From NCBI GenBank assembly GCA_010405405.1, contig MU004243.1:243340-307339 (forward strand): 64,000 bases of DNA, in the 5' to 3' direction. The DNA is from Microthyrium microscopicum. Taxonomy: Eukaryota. This document shows, piece by piece, positions 14,045 through 25,117 of the stretch (position 1 is its first letter; the number at the start of each line of letters is the position of its first letter). Made by a program: the position numbers and the translations under genes. The notes under the pieces were generated by a model. The model made no database searches and had not been told where the DNA came from. It worked only from the letters and a program-made list of their open reading frames with translations.

Positions 14045-14507
14045 GGAGATGGAATTGATGGAAGGGAGTGGATATGGAGATGATCTTGGCTGTGCAGGTT
14101 TAATCTTGCATTCATGATGACTATGCCTCCACAAAATTCAGTTGCTACAAATTGCGTTAATGGGCTCTGGGAATGCTGTGCAGGCGGTTGGTTAGATCTC
14201 CGGACTGATTGTATAGTGTGTATGTCGATACACGCTAGCTATTGGCATTGGCAACAAACGAGATAAAGAGCATAGAAATACGACCGCGGGCTGCGATAGC
14301 CCTCAAAGAGTCACTATGAGTGCCAAAGAAGATGTTCATGCATAGATAATGCTAACATTTGTTTATCAAAACCTTTGTACCAGCAGCTCCAAACACTGAG
14401 ACTCAATGATTACGCGAGGAGTAATTCTGCCCGGCTGTGTTGTATCCATTACATGACATCGCTTTGCTGTCCTCAACCACTATAATAGCTTTCCCATCTC
14501 CATAGCA

Positions 14508-15690
14508 TCATCCATCAACCTCAGAATGGGTTCCATTTTCGTCCTTCAGGCTCTTGCGAAACTCGGTCCAAGGCACTATAGTCTCTGCGACTTTGTCAAA
14601 GACAGCGGGCATGAAGACAATTTTTGCACTGCCTTCCTTCTTGCGTATAACTGTCACTTGAAGGTCCCTTGCACGTAGGTTGTTGTCGAACTCGATATCG
14701 TACTCTCCAAACAGTGCTTCCAACCAACCCTCAACGCGTAAGGTAATATAAGCGTACTTCATACATTTACGGCATTGAGATGCAACTACTCGAGCATCCT
14801 TCTCAGGATCTTCGCTAGGAAAACTTTCGGTAAGCATAGTGATCTTTCGTAAGTTGGGAAATTGGGTGAAAACCCTGGAACGCGTTAGTACCGAGATCCT
14901 ACGAAGGAGCTAATAATACTGACCAAGGCAAATCAACCCAATGACTTGGTAGAACAGTCATGCAAGTAACGAGCTTCCTTGTGGATGCGGGAAGGCGTTT
15001 GGTATTAAAGTCGAAGAGACGATAGGTCGTACTCCATCGGCCCAGGTGGTCTTGCTCGCGCCGACTCGTTATCTTTTCCTCAGGAACGAACATGTTGAGA
15101 TGTTGGTATATTTGTTCACGGTCGTGATAGTAGATGGTTCTGCAGGTGCTGAGAATGGCCATTTGAGGCATAGGAGCCGGGCTGTTGCGAAACCGTCTGG
15201 ATGCTTCAATGCGCTGATAGAAGTCCTTGATGTCGCCGCTTGCCAACTCATCGTAAATCGACCATCGAATTTCAGGCGGTAACCGTAGAAAAGGAGTGTT
15301 GCTGTTTTGCACCGTGATGTCTTGTGTTTTGGGGTTGACTTCCGATATACTCATGTCCAGAACTGAGCCATCAACCTGAGAACTATAAGCATGAGATTAC
15401 GAGAAGCGTGCTGCAAGTCTTCAAAGCATATTCTTCGACGATAGTCAAAAACATCTTGCTCAGACTTTAATCAGACGTTAACGCGGCAAGCTTACCAACG
15501 CCAGTGTATCCCTTCTGTTGCATAATGCATCCCGCATATATGCTTGATGCAGCTCCACACGCCTCCAGTGACGATCCAGTTCCGCAAATTGGTGCGGCTG
15601 TAAATGCCAACGCAGCCAGATGCCGCCCACCCATTTGCTCGGCCATTCTCGTTCTTCCCACCATTTGCTGCTCTTTGGCGGTAGAGCCAT
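14508..15690 (-). CDS. Tandem F-box-like (2EXR/DUF7730-type) paralog, copy 1, intact; exons 15690-15496, 15375-14924, 14874-14508
   Basis: MALPPKSSKWW...DTLAL|VDGSVLDMSISEVNPKTQDITVQNSNTPFLRLPPEIRWSIYDEL...ILSTCRTIY...DLPW|VFTQFPNLRKI. Phase-0 and phase-2 GT-AG introns splice in frame. Confidence 0.8.
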
Positions 15691-16140
15691 GTTGGTCGCT
15701 GGTACGACTGTAAATTGACAAAGAGTTTAAATTGACGTGAGCGGGAGTTTTAAACTGGAAGTAGACTGTATGTAGAGGGGCAGTAATAAGGTTGCCCGGA
15801 AACACGATATGTTATATCACGTCAGAGACTTCAGCCTAATGGACGGCATGTGTCAGCCTGATGGAACATATCTAGCCTTCCACATTCTCAAGTCTCATGG
15901 CTGCTAAAAAAATTCTACCGATGCAAACACTTATAGCTGCCAGGTCAGTAGTTACATGGTCTTGATTGCAATTCAAGTGATTTTGGATTATATGTACAAG
16001 TAAAGTTTATATTATATTTCCAGGGTCTTGTCCTCATGAACAGCCATGATGGTCCCCACTTGCCAACCTCGATGACTTCCAACAAAATCTTCCACCTTTG
16101 ACCCTCAGCTGACTCTGAACTTATCCCAGTCTCGATTGTC

Positions 16141-17405
16141 TCAAATTTGGTTCTTGTACTTGACTTGGATAATCTTGCGAAGCTGACTCCAAGTCATCAG
16201 TTCTTTATGAGCTGAATCTAGGATCAAAGGCTTGTAGACAACGGTCTCGCTGCTTTGGTTCTTGGAGCGAATAGTCAAATCAAGGTTGTCCGCACGTATG
16301 TCTTTGTCAAACTCAAGATCGTAATATCCACCAAGCCGTGACACAAGACACAGATGGAATCTGCGGTATTCGTGGTCAGGCGAGCCAGGGGCCCGTAGCA
16401 GGCGGGTATGAAGGTCCGCCATAGCGCCAAAGCATCTTGATGTCGCCAACTGCTCATCATCGGTCGCTTCACTGCTGAACTCGCAGACCACGATGCTTAT
16501 CTCCTGAAGATTTGTGAAGCTTGTACATAACCTAGAACGCAATCAGTGTCAGGGAATCACAACGTATTATGAGGTAGCAGGCGAAATGCACACTATCGGT
16601 GGTTGTAAATCTGGGAAAATTCATACCATTCTAACAGACCCCAATGCATGCTCATAATGGTCATGCGTGTGATCATATTCTTTGTGGAGTAACCGAGATA
16701 TTGGGTGTTGAATCTGAATAGCAAGAAGGCGTAATTGTCGACAGCGAAAATGTTCGTAAATACGAACCTGACGCCAGCGTCGTCAGTGTATTTGCGACCA
16801 TTGTTTATGGAAAGTGTCCTTGCAGGAACGATTAGGTCCAAATCTCTGAACATACGACCGTGAGCCTCGCAATATATTGTTCGACAAGATGCAAGAATGT
16901 GAAGCATAGAAGCTGACTTGTTGAGATTTGCGAGAGTCCTCGCATTCATGATGCGGTCGTAGCGGAGGCTTTCGTCGTCCGCGATCATTTCGATGTAGAT
17001 CATATCGCGAATTTCCTGTGGTAAGCGAAGGAAGCTGGAGCTTTTCAAGTTGCGTAAAGTAGCACTTTCTGTTACGAAATTGAATTTGGTGATCTTATGA
17101 TCGTGGGGAAAGCCGTTTGCCTGAAGGTTGTAAGTAAGAGTCTACATTGATAGAGCGCTGATTATAGCGGCAGTCCTAATGCGCTGACAGAAGCGACCGT
17201 TTTGGCATTGCTCTTGAGTTTAATACAATCAATCTAGGAGGACTTTTACCTTTTGAAGCTTTACCAAGGCCCTGGATTGGTAGAGTCTCTCAGACATAAC
17301 AGCTTGATGAGCTTCGAGGCGTCTTCGTTCTAGGCTATATCCAGCCCACGTGTCTTCCATACCTTCACCTTTCCACCATCTGGTATTTCGGGGCGCCAAA
17401 GCCAT
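16141..17405 (-). CDS. Tandem F-box-like paralog, copy 2, intact; exons 17405-17250, 17120-16627, 16531-16141
   Basis: MALAPRNTRWW...LEAHQAVMSERLY...KLQK|ANGFPH...SSFLRLPQEIRDMIY...ILASCRTIYCEAH...LEW|LCTSFTNLQEI. Same intron positions and phases as copy 1. Confidence 0.8.
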
Positions 17406-18041
17406 TGTGTTGGTGTCTGCGGATGGCAGCGTCCTTGGGTTCTAATTGCGTTGAGTTCCGCAAGCAAAAGCTGGAGGAGAGGTGTCAGAGAAGGAATTGA
17501 GAGAATGAGGCTGGGTATGGGGTAGAGCATGTGACATTTTAAATTGCAGTGGCATAAAAGGTAGTGACTGGAGGTTTTGAAAATCAAATGTAATGGGGAA
17601 TGCGGAAAGTTCAACCTAACGGGTTGTGGTCTGCCTTCCGACTTCCTTCCGCATTCAATACTCACACACCCTTACCACAGAGTTCCTTCTTGATAAGGAA
17701 GAGTAGTGCACGCTCTTTCCTTCCGAGTTACAAGCCCTGTCAGTTATATCAAGAACCTTTGTCAAGAAAATATTGGGGTTTTGACTGAATTGCGCTTATT
17801 TAACACTGGTCCAAACATATCTTTGTTCGGTATCTATGGAAGGTCCATCGAGATTTGAAGAATTCCTCAAGCTTTCAGCGTCAAGTCCAACAAAAGCAAC
17901 AATCGCCGAGCTTAGCATTCACTCCGTGGATAATAACATCCAGTCGCAGAGCTTATACCCCCATTTCCAGGCTCAATACTCCCTGACGAGTCCCTGTCCT
18001 CATAATGCCCGATCATGAATTGGAACAGCTACACTCTGCTA

Positions 18042-19159
18042 TCAATCCACCACTGCATTAGGTGCTGCGCTTTGCAAGATAGTCTTGCGAAGCTGGGTCC
18101 ATGTCAGCAACGGGTGAGGGTTGTGTTCCAGGAAGAGAGGCTGGAAGACAATCGGCAGACTTCCCTCGCGCAGAACCGTCACATCAAGACTCTCCGCCAT
18201 TTCGTTGTCGTCGAACTCAACATCGTAGTCTCCAACTACCGGAGCAATGACATGGTGTTTACGAAGCAGCATCTCGTCAAAACATGTCATTGTTGACCGG
18301 CACCGCCACGCATGAATTTTACCATCTCCATCTTTATCCCGCCGTTCTTCGACAATTATGGTGACAACTTGCAGGTTAGGAAAGTTTTTGAACACCCTGA
18401 AGCTAGTTAGTGGAAAGCGGTTCTCATCTGAGCAAGCTGTCTTACCAAATCTCTTCGAGCGATTCATTTGCCAGAACAGTGATGCGGGTAACGACATCTC
18501 GTATGAGTGGGCGGAGCTGTGTTGTTCGGAGTCTGAAGAGTTTGTAGCTGTAGCTGTCCTCGCGAGTGCTCCAGTATTCTCTTTCATTGTGTAACGACAA
18601 CGACTCTTAGGGTACGAAAATGTCAAGCTGCTTGATGATGTGATCGTGCGCTTCATGGTAGGTGGCTCTACAAGAATCGAGAATAGTGAGTCTGGGTATG
18701 GGAGTTCTTTTGTTCGGATATGTCTGGGCTTCGACAACACGTTAAAGTAAGTTGACCCTATCTCTCGCCAGTCCATCGTAGATCATATATCGAAGTTCTC
18801 GTGGTAGAAGAAGGAAAGAAGATGTTTGATTTTGGTAAGTCACTTCCTTTGTCTTAACGTTTAGTTCGGTCATCTCCAAGCTCTGGCTAGCCAGACGAGC
18901 GAGATCCTATTTGGTAGTGATCAAGTAAAGTGACAGAGTCGACTTGCGTTGGCTGATGGAAGCATTGTGCAGCTCTTCAGAGACGGGAAGACCAATGACT
19001 TACCGACGGAAAATTTGGGGCAGCAGCGCGCTCTCGACGAAATAACCTCCATGCGTAAATGATGTAGCTCTATCGCGAATTCCGGTGAGCCAGGATACGG
19101 TGTACTGGTTCGGTCTCGCGAAAGGTGATACGGACCGCGCGAACCCCCAAAGAAGCCAT
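18042..19159 (-). pseudogene. Tandem F-box-like paralog, copy 3, with in-frame stops; exons 19159-19004, 18906-18446, 18396-18042
   Basis: Exon 2 reads SSFLLLPRELRYMIYDGL...NLL*RVVEA...ILDSCRATYHEAH...IFVP*ES...EIW|VFKNFPNLQVV. TAA at 18742-18744 and 18607-18609, and TAG at 19070-19072 in the putative exon 1. Confidence 0.8.
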
Positions 19160-19550
19160 TGGGTCGAGATCGTGCTTCAGGGAAGCCACGTCGGCCTCGA
19201 CGTTCCATTTCGGTGTAACGTACACGATGTAAAAATCGTGAGGCCCTGAATGTCAAATTTATGTCGAGATCTTGAAGCTATAGGAACACGAAGCGAGGAC
19301 ATGTCTCAATGTTGCAATGTTGCAGTGTGGAAGAAATCAGATATCTTTTACGTACTTCTGCACGAGGTAGACATAAGTTGCCAGCCACAGTAGTCGTTCC
19401 TTCCTAAAAAGGACGAAGCATCTGCTCCTTCCCCGTCAGTCTATTCTCGCGGTATCAAGAATCAATCAGAATACCTCATGTTCTGTTCATCAAATTAATT
19501 CTGCAGCCCGGTTCCAGTCTCTTGATCGATCATCATGACTTGGATGCGTC

Positions 19551-20726
19551 CTAACGTTCTCTCTGCGTTTCACCATGTGCGATATTCCATAGCTGGGTCC
19601 AAGTTACCAACTCGTCTGAATCATGAAAGATGATCACAGGTTTGACAGTGATCGATGGGCCTCCTTGACCCTTAAGCTGTACTATCAAAGTGAGATCCTT
19701 CAGTAAAAGGAGTTGCTCAAGAGTTACATCGTCCATTGATTCGTGGTTCTCGCCATCAAATTTGACCTCATAGTCTGTCTCTGAAGGCGGCGCAGCGAAA
19801 GAGCTTCGTTGGTTGAATGGATCATGTTCTCCGCCTTTAGATTGTAAGTAATATATGCCAGCGTTGCGGCGGACTAGAACATCCAGATAGGGAACGCTCA
19901 TGTTACACATCCAGCGAAGTGCTTCGGCTGGTTCGTCGTATTTGGGTACAGTGACATTGTAATCGCTGCTCACATATGAGACTTCGGTGATTGTTCGCAA
20001 ACTGGGGAAGCTTTCGCGTAGCCTCGAACTGATCAGTATCTAATGTGGTCGCCCGAGTCGAAAAAACTCACCTCGAGAATCTGATATATGACTTTGGAAG
20101 TATGGTCAAGCGAGTAATAAGCTGTCCAGTAGAAAGATGAAAATGCTTGGTACTCAAGTCGAAGAGAAGAGACGCAGGGTTTACCTTCGACGTTGAGGAT
20201 GCACTATTATTCCCAGTGAATTCAGCAAAAAGAAGGATGTGCTCGCTAGGAGTAATCATGTTGAGGTTTTTGAAAACATCGTTGTGGGCTTCGTTGTAGA
20301 TGGTTCTACATATGTTGAGAAGAGCTATTTGAGGTATGCGCGATGGCATGATATCAAGTATTTGAGCTGCTCTAATACGCTGTACGAAGCCCGCATCGTC
20401 TGTTGCAAGTTCCAAACAAATAGCCAGTCTTATTTCTTGCGGTAGCTTCAAGAATAAAGATTTTTCCAAGTTCTGAAGAGTGATGGGCTTGGTCTTAACG
20501 TTGTAAACAGTGATGTCTGTTCTTTGGGACGACCCGTTGACCTGAATAGTGTAAGTAGGTAGGTATGTACTTATGTAGTCTTATATAGCTACATCGTGTT
20601 GGAAAACGATGGGCAGCTTACTTTTGCAGCTTTATCTTCGTGTTCTCTGCTATAATATTTCTCACTGATACGGAGCCGATGCGCCTCAAGAAGCTTTGGG
20701 TCCGCACCCTTCAAATCTATGTTCAT
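19551..20726 (-). CDS. Tandem F-box-like paralog, copy 4, apparently intact; exons 20726-20622, 20541-20072, 20028(or 20022)-19551
   Basis: MNIDLKG...LLEAHRLRISEKYY...KAAK|VNGSSQRTDITVYNVKTKPITLQNLEKSLFLKLPQEIRLAI...LLNICRTIYNEAH...|LRESFPSLRTI. Conserved intron positions. Confidence 0.78.
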
Positions 20727-21705
20727 CGGATATCCTTTCAATGGATTGGCCGAACCGTGGCTACTTGATTTCTTGATGTTGAGATTGAAAGGTCAACAAC
20801 GGGCAGTTTCAAAAGTGTAACGAAGTTTGATAGACAGCTTATTTTCAAGGTTCGATTTGGTTTATGCGAAATTCCTGCGTAATGGGGGCCAATATGCAGC
20901 CTGCCATGCTGGCAATGGGCATGCACCTCATATAAGCGGTGCCCAATACTATGATCACTTCAAACTCAAACGCTATTCTCCGCCATTGATCATGGTTGGC
21001 TTGTGCTACATCCCGATCACTTCAAACTATCATGTATAGGCTGCCATAATTCCCGCGTAACCTATCAATAAACGACCACCCAAGCCATCCCATCTGTACC
21101 TCTCCAGATTCATTCGCCGTGTTGGATTCCAATTATGCTATGAAATTACGACCTACTAAACAGCTCTCCGGAGTCGGGATTGCAGACAGCCAGCTTGGAG
21201 ACAATTGCTGGCCCTGCCTCTCGTCCCACAGTCAAGTCGAGATTCTCGCACAAAGGTTGTCCTCAGACATCCAGACATCATGGTCTCCAAGCAAACCAGG
21301 AAGATATGGCATCAAGGAATGTTGAGAACAATTATAACATGCTCGCTCATGTTCATTCCACCTCTATGACATGGCATATGCCAAGTTGAAATCTCAGAAT
21401 CCCCTCACTACTGTGATTGGGGTTTAAAAAGGCTAGATGAAAGGAGCAGAATTGAACGGATTCAACATGTTTGTATTATCCTTTAAAGAGACCTCTCTCC
21501 TACATTCCTACTAACGATGAGCAGCTCGAAGACTTGTTAAGTCCATTGGAAACTGCTTCATGCATGAGACCGCGAAAGTCGAGACAACATACAGTTCTCC
21601 CGGAGCGCAGCATCCTAATGGGCTTTGATCCTTAAATTGCTTTGAACAACAGCTCAATTTCGCCACCGTGTCAGCCATGAGGTAACGCAATACGATCGAA
21701 TCATC

Positions 21706-22820
21706 TCAGTTGAGGTCGTCTTCGTCTGTTGGAAAGCGATGACCAGAGGGTTTGAAGATGTCGACCTTCTTGCAAAGCTGACTCAAGGTGGAAAACTCAT
21801 GAGTTCTAACATTGAAGACGAGGGGCGTGATGGTGATTGGCACACTTCCTTTTCCTTTGCGCCGAATAATAATGTCAAAGCTCGTGCGTTCTTCATTAAG
21901 AGTATTGGAGACATCGTATTCTCCAAGCACTTCTTTCACACTTCCATATAATAGTATGACTTCGTTGCAATCCATGCCCTCCCAGCTGTTGTCACAGTCG
22001 TGTGCCTCATCCAGCTTTGGAATCACGTTGGCGGAGCCGTAGGTAAGTATAGTGATATCTCGCAACCTGGGGAAGGTTTCAAAAAGCCTGTAAGCGGTCA
22101 GTAAACGGAAGGATATGGTAGTAGGCATAATATGTGACGCTACATTCTTACCATCGCCATTTAATGAATCGAGTTTTCATGATGGTCATGGAAGTACACC
22201 CGTTTGCAAAATGTCCTTTCCACCTGACCCCCTCCCCATTCATACTTTTCAATACTTTTTATGGGGTTTTCATAAGGAATTGGCCAACCAGGTGGGCCAA
22301 ATATACTAGTCTCTTTTCGGTCCCAGACTTTACTAAGAAAACTTAGGTTATAATGCCTTTGATTGGTTATATTGTCCCAAAAAACATGTATTAGGGGAGA
22401 GTGGTAGGTGGAAAGGACATTTTGCAAACAGGTGTAATGAGCTTTGCGGTGGACAAGGGCAAGCGAATGGTGTTGGATTCGAAAAGTCGCAACGATACAT
22501 TGAGTTCCCCACCAGGAGCATCGCACATAGGATGATTACGTTAAGGCGCTGGTAGATCCGATCATGACCTTCACAGTAGGTTGTTCTACAAATGCTAAGG
22601 ATGGCAGTCTCAGGCATCGGAAGTCGATCCTCTCGAGGCAGGCTGCTCCGACGTTGCCAGAGACTGGCCTTAACACGTTGCAAGTAGTTTTCATGGTCTG
22701 CAACAACTTCATCGTAGATCATGAGTCGAATCTCCGATGGTAGACGAAGGAAGGGGGATTTGCCCAAGTTCTCCAATGTGATGCTTGAGACTCTTTCTTG
22801 CTGCGACCTTGTTTGATGCC
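21706..22820 (-). pseudogene. Tandem F-box-like paralog, copy 5, disrupted by a frameshift and a MITE insertion; 5' end unresolved
   Basis: SITLENLGKSPFLRLPSEIRLMIYDEV...ILSICRTTYCEGHDRIYQRLNVII, then a 1-nt frameshift near 22530 into ...LRLFESNTIRLPLSTAKLI[MITE]TSMTIMK...W|LFETFPRLRDI (intron 22151-22088). Confidence 0.8.
22197..22434. mobile_element. 238-bp MITE with 29-bp TIRs and TA target-site duplication (Tc1/mariner-pogo type, non-autonomous)
   Basis: Left end CACCCGTTTGCAAAATGTCCTTTCCACCT (22197-22225); right end reverse complement CACCTGTTTGCAAAATGTCCTTTCCACCT (22406-22434), one mismatch. TA at 22195-22196 and 22435-22436. AT-rich interior. Confidence 0.92.
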
Positions 22821-23390
22821 ATCGTGAAATTATGTGGCGTTGAGAATTGGTAGATGGTTTTGAGTGGAGTATATGGGGTGTGAGGTAAAACAAGCAAGGT
22901 CTAAAGACCTGATGATACAGAATTTTATGGGGTGCTTTTTGGACGACAGCAACAACTCAGAATCTGGTTAGGAAAAAGGTTCGGCGCTGGTAATGGTGGG
23001 GTTTTAGTCTTCTTTGAGTGCTGAGTGCCTTCCTAGAACGGAAGGTGCTCCTGCGTCAAAATCACTGGAGAGCGAGAGCTCTGAAACCTCGCGTGGAAGC
23101 TCTTAGCAGTAGACGGAACGAAAAGTTATGAGCGAATTGGATCATCTTGATGCTGTGTAATGGATACTACAATGTAGCTTAGATAACTAGCATTTATCCT
23201 TTCCAGTCTACCTCACAACTAACAGATACTGCCTCAATCATAAACGTTAGTGTGTGAGCGCAGTTCCAGATACAATTTTCTGAACCCAAAATGCTTGCTC
23301 ATTCGCGGTCATCGCCGCCATCAATATCATTGCCAGAGCCAATCCCTACAAAACCTTGCCTTAGTTTCGCGCCGTCTCCGCCATTGCTAG

Positions 23391-24693
23391 TTACTGAAGC
23401 GGCTTCTTCATCTCAAGGATCTGAAGAAGCTGAGCAAAGAACATAAGCTCCCCGGAGGCTTGATTCAAGACGGCGGGTTTGATTGTGAGGATCGGGCTTC
23501 CTTCCTCCGATTGCCAAACTGTCAGGTCTAGGCTTTTGGCGATTCGGACTGCTGCACGAATATCGCGTCTGGATAGTGCACGACTCTTGCCCGCGCTGGA
23601 CACTGGGTACCGGTCCACACCTTCGAAATCAAGTTCATAGTCCCCAGCCCATGAATGAGGCGGCCAGTCTAGCATGCAGCCGTAGACGCGTTTCATAGCA
23701 TCTCTACAGTGGAATGCTTTGCCGTCACAATCGTACAAATAGCTTGAAGGACCCGAATGGTCGATCAGTAGGATGATCTCCTTTAACTCAGGGAAATAGC
23801 TCAATGCCCTGCGAATGATTAGTCGGCCTGAATGATGATAAATTGTCTCGCATCATATCTGCCACGATACAGGTATAAGACAATCTTCAGTAGCACGCTT
23901 CGCTGTGATAGTTCATCCTGGACCAAACAGATATGGAAGATTTGAAGTAAGAAAGGGGATTGCGGCGACAGATCTTACCAAAAAATTGCACGCGGATCAA
24001 AACCTGGAACAGTTATGCGTGTAATCAGCTTTCTCGAGGATGTGCTCAGTCTCTTGGTGTTGAAGATGAATAGTTGACGCGCAGGGTTCTTCAGAAGTTC
24101 GTGGTGATGACTATCCCACAAATAGAGGTCAGGCACAGCCAAATTTAGTCGCTGGAAGGTTCGATCATGGCTTTCCCAGTGAATTGCTCTACAGGTTCCG
24201 ACCATAGCCAGTTGAGCCATCGGAGGCTGAACCTTGCGGAGATCTCGACATTCCTCAAAGCTGGATGCCAATTCATCGTAAATCAAGTATCTGAGTTCGC
24301 GCGGCAATCGAAGAAGCAAACACTGTTCTTGGTTTTGACGAGTTATGCTTTCTGTGCGCGTGTTGATTTCGGGGATTTCGAGATCTCGATGAGCCGAATC
24401 GGGCTGAATTGTGTAAGTAAAAATCTTTAACAGCATTGCAATTAAAAGTGAGGCGGAGAAGCGCAATTAATCCAATGTCTACCGCTGATGAATTAGCGAT
24501 CAAGGCTTACCTCTGTAGCCATCATTGACTCGACTTGGTCGGCAAGATGACTAGCGGCTGATTCTGCTTTGCGGACTTCTAATAAGTTTGCTTCGAACTG
24601 GGCTGCTTTGCGAACTTCTGACCATGCTTCGAGCTCGTCTAGAAGTAGGTCTTTGAGACTCTTCTCCTCAGATTTGGCTACTTGGTCCGACAT
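23391..24693 (-). CDS. Tandem F-box-like paralog, copy 6, intact; exons 24693-24511, 24403-23979, 23808-23391
   Basis: MSDQVAKSEE...MMATE|PDSAHRDLEIPEINTRTESITRQNQEQCLLLRLPRELRYLIYDEL...VGTCRAIHWESH...AIFW|ALSYFPELKEI. Conserved intron positions and phases. Confidence 0.8.
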
Positions 24694-24727
24694 TATGCGC
24701 CAACACTTGCTAGTAAAAGTCGCAAGA

Positions 24728-24817
24728 AAAGAGGATGGATGGGTGTGCGAGGATGCAAAATGTGCGAGGTTTAAGAGGCGGGTGGAAGTGGAAAGGAAAG
24801 AGGATGGATGGGTGTGC
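24728..24817. repeat. Perfect 21-bp direct repeat (AAAGAGGATGGATGGGTGTGC x2, 69-bp period)
   Basis: Copies at 24728-24748 and 24797-24817, just upstream of the copy 6 ATG. Confidence 0.85.
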
Positions 24818-24965
24818 CGCGAACTTATTAAAGAACGAGGTTGAGCAGGTTGTGACAACCAGAAGTTAGAGGTTCATGTTTTCAGCCTGATGGTGAAGCT
24901 CGAGGCGCCTGGTCCAAGGGGTGGTGCGTGCCCAATTTAGTGCTTCACGTGCGTTCGTGGTTACC

Positions 24966-25002
24966 ACGCGAGTGGCGTCCCTTCCTGAAAGGGACAACGC
25001 GT
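24966..25002. promoter_or_regulatory. Possible MCB (MluI cell-cycle box) elements upstream of the Artemis/SNM1 gene
   Basis: ACGCGA at 24966-24971 and ACGCGT at 24997-25002, ~120-150 bp before the ATG of a DNA-repair gene. The motifs are short, so a chance occurrence is possible. Confidence 0.3.
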
Positions 25003-25117
25003 ACTTGCTCTTCCCTTTGCGATTTATCCGCTTCATCGATCGTGTTTGGACCAGAAACGCACCCTAAACCGCTAAAAGATGCATTAAGAGATGCATCAAT
25101 GTCATTAGCGGTTGATA

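Noticed and set aside
18042..18776. 244-aa ORF in the track taken as an intact gene
   Set aside because: Only its last ~118 codons are in the family frame. The upstream part is an off-frame read of exon 2 plus the intron, and the homologous frame contains stops.
18607..19072. Premature stops in copy 3 rescued by A-to-I editing or readthrough
   Set aside because: Editing would yield Trp, whereas paralogs have Gln at the best-aligned site. Two stops are TAA, and three rescues would be required.
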